A stretch of 30,461 nt of DNA, from NCBI GenBank assembly GCA_035273045.1, contig DATEPR010000191.1, positions 1-30,461 on the forward strand, given 5' to 3'. This DNA is from Pseudonocardiaceae bacterium (lineage in GTDB: Bacteria > Actinomycetota > Actinomycetes > Mycobacteriales > Pseudonocardiaceae). The notes under the pieces are model-generated. The model was not told the origin of the DNA. It ran no database searches and saw only the letters and a list, made by a program, of their open reading frames with translations. The translations under genes and the position numbers were made by a program. Below are positions 16,682 through 24,388 of this stretch, piece after piece; the first letter of the stretch is position 1, and each line of letters begins with the position of its first letter.

Positions 16682-17942
16682 CGGCACCGCCCTGTCCACT
16701 CGCCCCGCGGTCCGGGTCGACCGGGTCGACGAGCTGTCCGGTGCGTGCCTCCTCCTCGCCCTCGGTGAACGCGGCGAAGTCGTCCAGGAACCGTGCCCGG
16801 TCCTCGGCCGACTCGGTCGCGTCCGGTGCCGGTGCGGATTCCGGCGCGGGGGGCACGCCACCCCGCAGGCTGCGCGACTGCCGGCGGGGCAGGCCGCTGC
16901 GGGTGGTGCCCGCGACGACCGGTCGTTCGGCCAGTTGGGTGGCGCTGTTGCTCCGGTTGATCCGGCGTGGCAGCCCGGAGATGGTCGCCGGCCTGCGGTC
17001 CGGCGGGGCGTCGTCGGCCGAGGTCTCCGGGATCGACCCGGCGCTGGGCGGCCTGGTGAACGTGCGGGCGGGAGCCTCGCGCACCAGGTCGGTCGGCAGC
17101 AGCACGGTGGCGGTGGTGCCGTGCGGGGCGCGGCGGCCCAGCGTGACGCGGACGGCGTGCTTGTGCGCCAGCCGGCGGACGACGGCCAGGCCCATGTGCT
17201 CGATCGCGCTGCTGTCCAGCAGCGGCGGTTCGGTGAGCCAGTCGTTGAGTTCCTGCTGCCGCTCGTCGGGCATGCCGATGCCGGCGTCCTCGACCCGCAG
17301 CAGCACCGAGCCGCGTTCGGTCAGATGCGCGCTGACCAGGACCGTCGTCGTCGGCGGGGACTGGGTGGTGGCGTTGTCCAGCAGTTCGGCGAGCAGCCGG
17401 CTGATGTCGTCGGCGGCGAAGCCGACCACCGCCAGCGGCGCGACCCGGCCCACCTCGACGCGCGGGTACTGCTCGATGGACGACAGCGCGGCGCGGATCA
17501 CGTCCAGCAGGGACGACGTCTCATCGCTGCTTCCGCCGGCCTCCTGACCGGCGAGGACGCGCAGGTTCTCGGCGTTGCGGCGCAACCGGGTGGCCAGGTG
17601 GTCCAAACCGTACAGTCGCGCGAGCGCGTCCGGGTCCTCCTCCGCGGCTTCCAGCTGTTCCAGTTGTGCCAGCAGGGAATCCACCAGGTTCAGGTCGCGC
17701 AGCGCGATGGTGGCGCACACGCCGGCCAGCGCCTCCTGGTCACCGATGACGTCGATGACGGGGCGGTCGGTGAGTGCCGGGCGGGCAGGCGTCCTCACCA
17801 GAGCGTGCCTCGGTCTGGCGGGCGGCTGCGGGTTCAGCAGTTGGACCGCCGCCGCTCTCGCCTTCTCCTTCGCCTTGTCCAGCAAGTCGCGAGGGCTCTG
17901 GTTGCGGTACTGGTCGATCAGGGATCTCGCACGGCTCACCAT
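16671..17942 (-). CDS. cvnA: Conservon sensor-kinase-like ATPase (HATPase_c) without predicted transmembrane or extracellular domain
   Basis: EEDPDALARLYGLDHLATRLRRNAENLRVLAG; LAELLDNATTQS; VEDAGIG; GLAVVRRLA; low-complexity C-tail. The N-terminal ~65 aa are hydrophilic. Confidence 0.9.
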   Translation of the reverse strand: MVSRARSLIDQYRNQSPRDLLDKAKEKARAAAVQLLNPQPPARPRHALVRTPARPALTDRPVIDVIGDQEALAGVCATIALRDLNLVDSLLAQLEQLEAAEEDPDALARLYGLDHLATRLRRNAENLRVLAGQEAGGSSDETSSLLDVIRAALSSIEQYPRVEVGRVAPLAVVGFAADDISRLLAELLDNATTQSPPTTTVLVSAHLTERGSVLLRVEDAGIGMPDERQQELNDWLTEPPLLDSSAIEHMGLAVVRRLAHKHAVRVTLGRRAPHGTTATVLLPTDLVREAPARTFTRPPSAGSIPETSADDAPPDRRPATISGLPRRINRSNSATQLAERPVVAGTTRSGLPRRQSRSLRGGVPPAPESAPAPDATESAEDRARFLDDFAAFTEGEEEARTGQLVDPVDPDRGASGQGGADDT

Positions 17943-17982
17943 GCAGGCCCACCAAGGACTTCGCTGCTCCGCACGACGGCAG

Positions 17983-18010
17983 ACGGTACCGACTTACGCG
18001 CTAGCGTCAA
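17983..18010 (-). promoter_or_regulatory. Candidate conservon promoter TTGACG-N16-TACCGT
   Basis: Minus-strand -35 at 18010-18005, -10 at 17988-17983, about 40 nt upstream of the cvnA ATG. Confidence 0.55.
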
Positions 18011-18158
18011 CCCCGAAGGCTTACCCTCGGCGGGTGACCATGCGCACGGTGTCACTGTTTGCCGAGATAGCTCCACCTATGGCCACGATCGAGTGACCCA
18101 AAGATTAGGTGATCGACTGGGCAACGAGAACCGACCGACCCACTGGGATGAGGCCGAC

Positions 18159-18659
18159 GTGACCGACCCGGACCAGGACCGACCGGCGCTGCCGCTCGCC
18201 GGGGACGTCGCGGCCGACACCGGCGTCGTCGCGCGGCGCGTGCTCCAGTTCGCCGTGGACGTCGCGCTGGTCCAGGTGATCGCGATCACCGCGGCGGTTC
18301 TCGTCACACTGGCCTGCCGGCTGGCCTTCGGCGCCGGCCACCTGTTGCTTTTGGTGCTGGTCGGCAGCCTGGTGTGGTTGTGGCTCAGCCTGTTCGGCTG
18401 GCTGCTGGTCACCGTGCTGTGGCCGGTGCTGCGCGGCGGCCGCACGCCCGCGATGCGGTGGCTGGGGCTGCGCGTGGTGACGTCGTCCGGCCAGCCGCCG
18501 CGCCCGTCGGCGCACGTCCTGCGGTGCGCGCTGACCGTGGTGGACGGCTTCGCCTTCGGCCTCGTCGGACTGGTGATCATGACGAGTTCCCGCCGGCAGC
18601 AGCGGCTCGGTGACATGGTCGCCGGCACACTCGTCGTGCGCGACCGCGCCGGGTCATGA
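18159..18659 (+). CDS. RDD family membrane protein, 166 aa
   Basis: RRVLQFAVD, GRTPAMRWLGLRVV, QRLGDMVAGTLVV. Forms the true 3' part of track ORF 16440-18659. Confidence 0.88.
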   Translation: MTDPDQDRPALPLAGDVAADTGVVARRVLQFAVDVALVQVIAITAAVLVTLACRLAFGAGHLLLLVLVGSLVWLWLSLFGWLLVTVLWPVLRGGRTPAMRWLGLRVVTSSGQPPRPSAHVLRCALTVVDGFAFGLVGLVIMTSSRRQQRLGDMVAGTLVVRDRAGS

Positions 18660-18665
18660 TGGGGT

Positions 18666-19487
18666 GTGCGCGCGGGAGCCTGGTGGCGGGGAACCAGCCG
18701 CCGGCGGCAGCTGTTCTTCGCCGTCATCGGTGTGCTGGTGCTCGCGCTGGCCGGTGTGCTCGGGGTACGGCTGGCCGGCGGCGACCCGGAGCCGGCCGGG
18801 CTGCCCTCGCAGGCGACCCGGGGGCCGGTGCTGCTGGTCCCCGGCTACGGCGGCAACGCCGCCTCACTCGCCCCGCTCGCCGCGAAACTGCGCTCGGCCG
18901 GCCGCACCACCCAGATCGTCCGGCTTCCCGGTGACGGCACCGGCGACCTGCTGGTCCAGGTGAACACACTGGACGCCGCGGTGAACCGGGCACTGGCGGG
19001 CGGCGCGCCGTCGGTGGACGTCGTCGGCTACTCGGCCGGGGGAGTGGTGGCCCGGCTGTGGGTCGCCAGGGACGCCGGCCAGCACCGGGTCCGCAGGGTG
19101 GTGACGCTCGGCTCGCCGTTGCACGGCACCGGCATCGCCGCCGCGGGCACCGCGCTGCTGCCCGGCGCGTGCCCGCTGGCCTGCCAGCAACTGGTGCCGG
19201 ACAGCCCGCTGCTGCGTGGCGTGGACGCGCAGCCGCTGCCCACCGGCCTGCCCTGGCTGTCGCTGTGGACGGCAGACGACCAGACCGTCGTGCCACCGGA
19301 CTCGGCGCGGCTGCCCGGCGCGGTGAACGTGCCGTTGCAGGACATCTGCCCTTCGGTGCGGGTGTCGCACTCGCAGTTGCCCGGCGCGCCGCTGGTGGAC
19401 GGGATCGTGCTCGCCGCCCTGAACGGCCCACGCCTGGCAGCGCCCACACCGGACCAGTGCGCCGCGCTGACCGCGAACGGCCGCTAG
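18666..19487 (+). CDS. Secreted or anchored lipase-like alpha/beta hydrolase
   Basis: N-terminal hydrophobic segment; LLVPGYGG; GYSAGG; TLGSPLHG; DDQTVVP; SHSQLP. Confidence 0.88.
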   Translation: MRAGAWWRGTSRRRQLFFAVIGVLVLALAGVLGVRLAGGDPEPAGLPSQATRGPVLLVPGYGGNAASLAPLAAKLRSAGRTTQIVRLPGDGTGDLLVQVNTLDAAVNRALAGGAPSVDVVGYSAGGVVARLWVARDAGQHRVRRVVTLGSPLHGTGIAAAGTALLPGACPLACQQLVPDSPLLRGVDAQPLPTGLPWLSLWTADDQTVVPPDSARLPGAVNVPLQDICPSVRVSHSQLPGAPLVDGIVLAALNGPRLAAPTPDQCAALTANGR

Positions 19488-20314
19488 CTGGTGACGTCCT
19501 TGCTGGTCAGGTTCGCCCACGCGGCACCGAAGAACACCACGAGGTACACGCCCTGGACGATCAGTCCCTTGTCGATGTTGACCCAGAAGATCGGCGCGCG
19601 GAAGAAGTCGATCCAGGACAGCCAGTAGTTCGTCGGCAGGTACGGCTTGATCCGGTTGGCCGCGTCCAGCGTGGTCAGCACCTCGCTGGTGATCAGGACG
19701 GCGAGCGTGCCCAGCGCGGCGCCCAGGCCGGACACGGTGACGGTGGACAGGAACAGCGCGATCACGCCCACCCCGACCATGCACACCAGGATGTAGCCGA
19801 TCGCGCCGACCAGCCGCGCCACCAGGTCCAGCGGGGTGAGCGTGGTGCCGGACAGCGACGTCACCCCGCCCGGCTGGCCGACGGCCGCCGCCTGCCCGAA
19901 ACCGAACAGCCCACCGCCGACCAGGAACGACGTGACCACCACGAACAGGATCACCAGCAGCACGAACACCGCGATGGCGAGCAGTTTCGCCACCAGCAGC
20001 CGGGTCCGGCCCACCGGGCGGATCAGCAGGTAGCGCAGCGTCCCGTGCGCGGCCTCGCCGGCCACCGCGTCACCGGCGAACATGGCGACCGCCACCGGCA
20101 GGAAGATCGGCAGCACCAGCGCCAGCGCGGCGGCCGGGAACAGCGAGCCGTCGTTCTCCACCGCGGACAGGAACGCCGCGCCGTGGCCCGGGGGCGGCGT
20201 GATGTGCGTGGTGGCCAGGAACACGGCGACGATCGCCGGCAGCAGGCACAGCAGCAGGACGCTCACCCACATGCGCGGCCGCAGGAACAGCGTGCGCAGC
20301 TCGACCCGGATCAC
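19484..20314 (-). CDS. ABC-2 type exporter permease
   Basis: GDAVAGEAAHGTLRYLLIRPVGRTRLLVAK; PYLPTNYW; multiple TM helices. Confidence 0.9.
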   Translation of the reverse strand: MIRVELRTLFLRPRMWVSVLLLCLLPAIVAVFLATTHITPPPGHGAAFLSAVENDGSLFPAAALALVLPIFLPVAVAMFAGDAVAGEAAHGTLRYLLIRPVGRTRLLVAKLLAIAVFVLLVILFVVVTSFLVGGGLFGFGQAAAVGQPGGVTSLSGTTLTPLDLVARLVGAIGYILVCMVGVGVIALFLSTVTVSGLGAALGTLAVLITSEVLTTLDAANRIKPYLPTNYWLSWIDFFRAPIFWVNIDKGLIVQGVYLVVFFGAAWANLTSKDVTS

Positions 20315-21237
20315 GCCACACCACCGTCCATCCGGTCGCTGCCGTGCCCGGTCACGTCCAGCACGACCTGCTCCAGCGTCCTGCGCTGCACGCCGATCTC
20401 GCGCACCCGCACGCCGGCGCCCACCAGCTTGGCGTTCAGCTCGGCCGGGTCGTCGGCCCGCACCACCAGCGTCGCGCCGTCCCGGAACTCGACCCGGCCG
20501 TCCAGCAGGGCCACCGCGTCCGCCGGGTCCTGGGTGTCCACGACGACCCGTCCGGTCGGCGCCCGGAGCGCGGCCAGGTCGTCCTGGAGTACCAGCCGGC
20601 CCTGGTCCACGATGCCCACCCTGTCACACAGTTCGTCCACTTCGGACAACAGGTGGCTGGACAGGAACACCGTGGTGCCGGCCCGGTTCAGGGTCAGCAG
20701 CAGTTGGCGGATCTCCAGGATGCCGCGCGGGTCCAGCCCGTTGGTCGGCTCGTCCAGGATCAGCAGCCTCGGCCGGCGCACCAGCGCCGCGGCCAGGCCG
20801 AGCCGCTGCCGCATGCCCAGCGAGTACGCCCGCACCGGCCGGCCGTCGATGCCGCCCAGGCCGACCAGGCGCAACGCCTCCTCGATCCGGTCCCGCCGGT
20901 CGCGCCGCCCGCCGGTCCTCGGCCCGGCCGCGTCGACGATGGACAGGTTGGTCCGGCCGGACAGGTGCGGGATCGCGGCCGGACTCTCGACCAGTGCCCC
21001 GATCGACGGCAGCACGTCCCTGACCCGCCTGGGCACCGGCTGGCCGAGCAGTTCGATCTCGCCACTGGTCGGGTAGACCAGCCCGAGCAGCATCCGCACC
21101 AGCGTCGTCTTGCCCGACCCGTTCGGCCCCAGGAAGCCGTACCGGTCGCCCTCGCGCACCGTCACGCCCACGTCGTTGACCGCGACCGTCGAACCGAACC
21201 GTTTGGTCAGCGCCGTCGTCCTGATCAGGTCGGTCAT
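20311..21237 (-). CDS. ABC transporter ATP-binding protein
   Basis: Walker A GPNGSGKT, signature YSLGMRQR, Walker B LLILDEPTNGLDP, H-loop SSH. Confidence 0.96.
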   Translation of the reverse strand: MTDLIRTTALTKRFGSTVAVNDVGVTVREGDRYGFLGPNGSGKTTLVRMLLGLVYPTSGEIELLGQPVPRRVRDVLPSIGALVESPAAIPHLSGRTNLSIVDAAGPRTGGRRDRRDRIEEALRLVGLGGIDGRPVRAYSLGMRQRLGLAAALVRRPRLLILDEPTNGLDPRGILEIRQLLLTLNRAGTTVFLSSHLLSEVDELCDRVGIVDQGRLVLQDDLAALRAPTGRVVVDTQDPADAVALLDGRVEFRDGATLVVRADDPAELNAKLVGAGVRVREIGVQRRTLEQVVLDVTGHGSDRMDGGVA

Positions 21238-22343
21238 CTGAATCGTCCTCGGCGCAGGGACAGTTCGGTGGCGGCCTGGCGCAACACGGCGTGGTCGACG
21301 AACCCGGCCACCAGATAGGTCCGGAAGCCGACCTGCTCGATCAGCACGCCCAGCAGCGGAATCCCGATCAGCACGGCATGTCCTCTCGGCACCGGCACGT
21401 CCGTCGCGCCGGCCTTGGTCGCCGTGTCGATCGCGGGCGAGCCGATGTTGCGTGGCAGCGGCAGCACCACGAACGTGGCCAGGCCGGCGCCGTACCGGCC
21501 GACGCCGGGCAGGCCCGGCAGTTGCGGCTGGAGCCGGTACCCGGCCAGTTCACGCGGCAGCCGGGCCCGGGTGAAACCGGCGATGGCGCTGACGATGTCC
21601 GGCGCCTGCGCCGTGGCCAACTGGCCGCCGGCGTCCGGCGGGCGCAGCGCGGACGGGTCAGGGCCGCCCTGGTCGACGGTGACGAACTGGCTGGTCAGCA
21701 ACGGTTTGCCGGCGCCCTTCGCGGTCACCTCGACGCGCAGCGGCAGGCCGGTGGCCGGGTCGGCCCAGATGTCCACCTGACCGACGGTGGTGGCCGGGTC
21801 GGCCGGGCGCAGCCGCAGTCCCTCGGTGGCGATCCCGGCGATCCGCCTGGCCGGCAGCGCCACCGGCCGGTCCACCGGGTCCATCGCCAGCACCCGGCGG
21901 GCCAGGTCCGGTGGCAGCAGGTCGCCGGCCCTGGGCAGCCGGACCGGCTGGTCGCCGAGGATCTCGGTGAGCAGGCCGGTGCCGTAGTCCCAGGTGAACT
22001 GGCCGTTCGGGGTCTGGTAGACGTCCCGCTCGCCGACCGTGTCGATCACGTCCACCCGGTTGTCGTCCGGTGCCTGGTACCAGACGCGGATGTTCGTCGT
22101 GCCGGACAGCAGTTTCGTCACGTCGCCGACCGCGGGCAGGTCGGGCAGGCCGAGTTCGGCCTGCGTACTGGCGTAACCGGCGTACGGCTGGCCGGCCGAC
22201 GCCTCGATCCGCTGCCGCAACTGGGCAGCACTCAACGGACCACCGCTGACCGGCAGGCTCGCCACCACGGACGGCACGGCACACGCCACAGCGGCAGCCA
22301 CGGCCACCACCGCCCAGCGGGCCGTCCTCCTGCCCAGCACCAT
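21234..22343 (-). CDS. Exported LolA/RseB-like (DUF2092-type) protein, 369 aa
   Basis: Signal-like N-terminus; IRVWYQAPDDNRVD, WDY, VDIWADPATGLPLRVEV, typical of LolA-fold actinobacterial proteins. ATG 22343 with AAGGGAG SD. Confidence 0.65.
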   Translation of the reverse strand: MVLGRRTARWAVVAVAAAVACAVPSVVASLPVSGGPLSAAQLRQRIEASAGQPYAGYASTQAELGLPDLPAVGDVTKLLSGTTNIRVWYQAPDDNRVDVIDTVGERDVYQTPNGQFTWDYGTGLLTEILGDQPVRLPRAGDLLPPDLARRVLAMDPVDRPVALPARRIAGIATEGLRLRPADPATTVGQVDIWADPATGLPLRVEVTAKGAGKPLLTSQFVTVDQGGPDPSALRPPDAGGQLATAQAPDIVSAIAGFTRARLPRELAGYRLQPQLPGLPGVGRYGAGLATFVVLPLPRNIGSPAIDTATKAGATDVPVPRGHAVLIGIPLLGVLIEQVGFRTYLVAGFVDHAVLRQAATELSLRRGRFR

Positions 22344-22588
22344 CTCTCCCTTTGTACCTGCCGGTTCGTGCTGTTGATGTGTTACGAAATCCCCATGACC
22401 GCGCGGCGCCGCTGGCTCACTGTGGACCGCGCCCACCGTCTCCTACATCACGATGGTGACCGACCCGCACGCTTCCGCCGGCCAGATCGCCTGGTCAACG
22501 CGGCGCGCTGGCCGCCGGGCGGTGCTGCTGGCCGAGCCCCCGGCTGGCAGGATGGCCGCACCGTTGTCGACCGGCGAGGAGCGGGTAG

Positions 22589-23326
22589 ATGGCTGAACTG
22601 GACTCGTGGACGGCGTCCGACTTCCACCACGGCAAATGGACGTTTCCGGTCTACCGCAAGGGAACCGGTCCCGGCGTGATCGTGGTGCACGAGATGCCCG
22701 GGCTGACCCCGGCCGTGCTGGCGTTCGCCCAGGAGGTGGTGGACGCGGGGTTCACCGTGGCCGCGCCGTCGATGTTCGGCACGCCGGGCAGGCCGGTGTC
22801 GGTCGGCTACACGATGGGCACGCTGGGCCGGCTGTGCGTGCGCAGCGAGTTCACCAAACTCGCCCTGCGCCGCACGTCACCGGTGGCCGACTGGCTGCGG
22901 GCGCTGGCCCGGTCGCTGCACGAGGAACTGGGCGGTCCCGGTGTCGGCGCGGTCGGCATGTGCTTCACCGGCGGGTTCGCGCTGGCCATGATGGCCGACG
23001 CTCCGGTGGCCGCCCCGGTGGTGGCGCAGCCGTCGCTGCCGTTCCCGGTGAGCCGGGAGCGGCGTGGCGACCTTGGCCTGTCGCCCGCCGACCTGGCGTC
23101 GGTCAAGGCGAAGGCGGCGGACGGCTGTTCGGTGCTCGGGCTGCGGTTCGCCGACGACCCGGTCGTGGGCACCCGGTTCGACACGCTGCGCAGGGAACTC
23201 GGTGACAAGTTCATCGCCGTCGAGTTCCCCGGCCGCCAGCATTCGACGCTGACCGAGCACCGCCAGCAGGAGGGTGTCGACCGAGTACTGGCGTTCTTCC
23301 GGGACAAGCTGCGGCCGGCGGCCTGA
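22589..23326 (+). CDS. Dienelactone hydrolase family protein
   Basis: VIVVHEMPG; GMCFTGG (Cys nucleophile); DDP; HSTLT. Confidence 0.88.
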   Translation: MAELDSWTASDFHHGKWTFPVYRKGTGPGVIVVHEMPGLTPAVLAFAQEVVDAGFTVAAPSMFGTPGRPVSVGYTMGTLGRLCVRSEFTKLALRRTSPVADWLRALARSLHEELGGPGVGAVGMCFTGGFALAMMADAPVAAPVVAQPSLPFPVSRERRGDLGLSPADLASVKAKAADGCSVLGLRFADDPVVGTRFDTLRRELGDKFIAVEFPGRQHSTLTEHRQQEGVDRVLAFFRDKLRPAA

Positions 23327-23407
23327 CCTGCCGGGAACAAGTCCGTGGCGTATTCTCGTTTCCGAGGTAGTTGAACAAACAACGACCTACTGAGGAGGCG
23401 TGAGGCC

Positions 23408-24388
23408 ATGGCCGCAGTCACCGCGGACACACTGACCCTGCCCAGGGTGAGCGCCGCCGGTCTCGGCGACACCGAACGTCCCGTCCTGGCCATCTCCACC
23501 GCACCGGCCGGCTACGAGGGCGAGGGCTTCCCGGTGCGGCGCACGATGGCCGGCATCCGGTACGAGTACCTCGACCCGTTCATCATGATGGACCACATGG
23601 GCGAGGTCGACTACGCGGCCGGTGAGCCCAAGGGCACCAACTGGCACCCGCACCGCGGCTTCGAAACGGTCACCTACCTGGTTGAAGGCCAGTTCGTGCA
23701 CCAGGACAGCCACGGCGGCGGTGGCATCATCACCGAGGGCGCCACGCAGTGGATGACCGCCGGTGGCGGCCTGCTGCACATCGAGACCCCGCCCGAGCAG
23801 TTGGTCGAGAAGGGCGGCCTGTTCCACGGGTTCCAGCTCTGGGTGAACCTGCCGGCCAAGGACAAGTTCCTGGCGCCGAAGTACCAGCCGCTGGAGGCCA
23901 ACCAGGTGCTGCTGCTGGCCAGCGCCGACGCCGGCACCCTGCTGCGGGTCATCGCGGGCGAGGTCGACGGGCACGTCGGTCCCGGCTCCACGCACACTCC
24001 CATCACCCTGCTGCACGCCTCCATCGCGCCCGGTGCCCAACTGTCGCTGCCCTGGCAGGCCGACTACAATGCGCTGGCCTACGTCATGGCCGGCACCGGT
24101 ACGGCCGGGGTGCAGGGCGAGCCGATCCAGGCCGGGCAGTTGGCCGTGTTCGGCGCCGGCGACCGCATCACCATGGCCGCCAACGCCAAGCAGGACAGCC
24201 GGACCAACTCCCTGGAAGTGATCATGCTCGGCGGCCGCCCGATCCGCGAACCCATGGCCCACTACGGCCCGTTCGTGATGAACACCCGCGAGGAACTGAT
24301 CACCGCCCTGGAGGACTACCAGGCCGGCCGGCTCGGCGTCGTGCCACCGAACGCGATCATGCCCCACGTGCCGCGCGGCAGCCGCTGA
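23408..24388 (+). CDS. Pirin family protein
   Basis: DPFIMMDH; WHPHRGFETVTY; HQDS; QWMTAGGGLLHIE; YGPFVMNT. Confidence 0.95.
   Translation: MAAVTADTLTLPRVSAAGLGDTERPVLAISTAPAGYEGEGFPVRRTMAGIRYEYLDPFIMMDHMGEVDYAAGEPKGTNWHPHRGFETVTYLVEGQFVHQDSHGGGGIITEGATQWMTAGGGLLHIETPPEQLVEKGGLFHGFQLWVNLPAKDKFLAPKYQPLEANQVLLLASADAGTLLRVIAGEVDGHVGPGSTHTPITLLHASIAPGAQLSLPWQADYNALAYVMAGTGTAGVQGEPIQAGQLAVFGAGDRITMAANAKQDSRTNSLEVIMLGGRPIREPMAHYGPFVMNTREELITALEDYQAGRLGVVPPNAIMPHVPRGSR

Noticed and set aside
947-21076. Long ORF-track entries antisense or off-frame to real genes (e.g. 947-2836 +, 4265-6700 -, 13487-15283 +, 19058-21076 +, 5' part of 16440-18659 +)
   Set aside because: Shadow ORFs expected in high-GC DNA: Arg/His/Pro/Gly-rich, no family motifs, fully overlapping well-supported genes.
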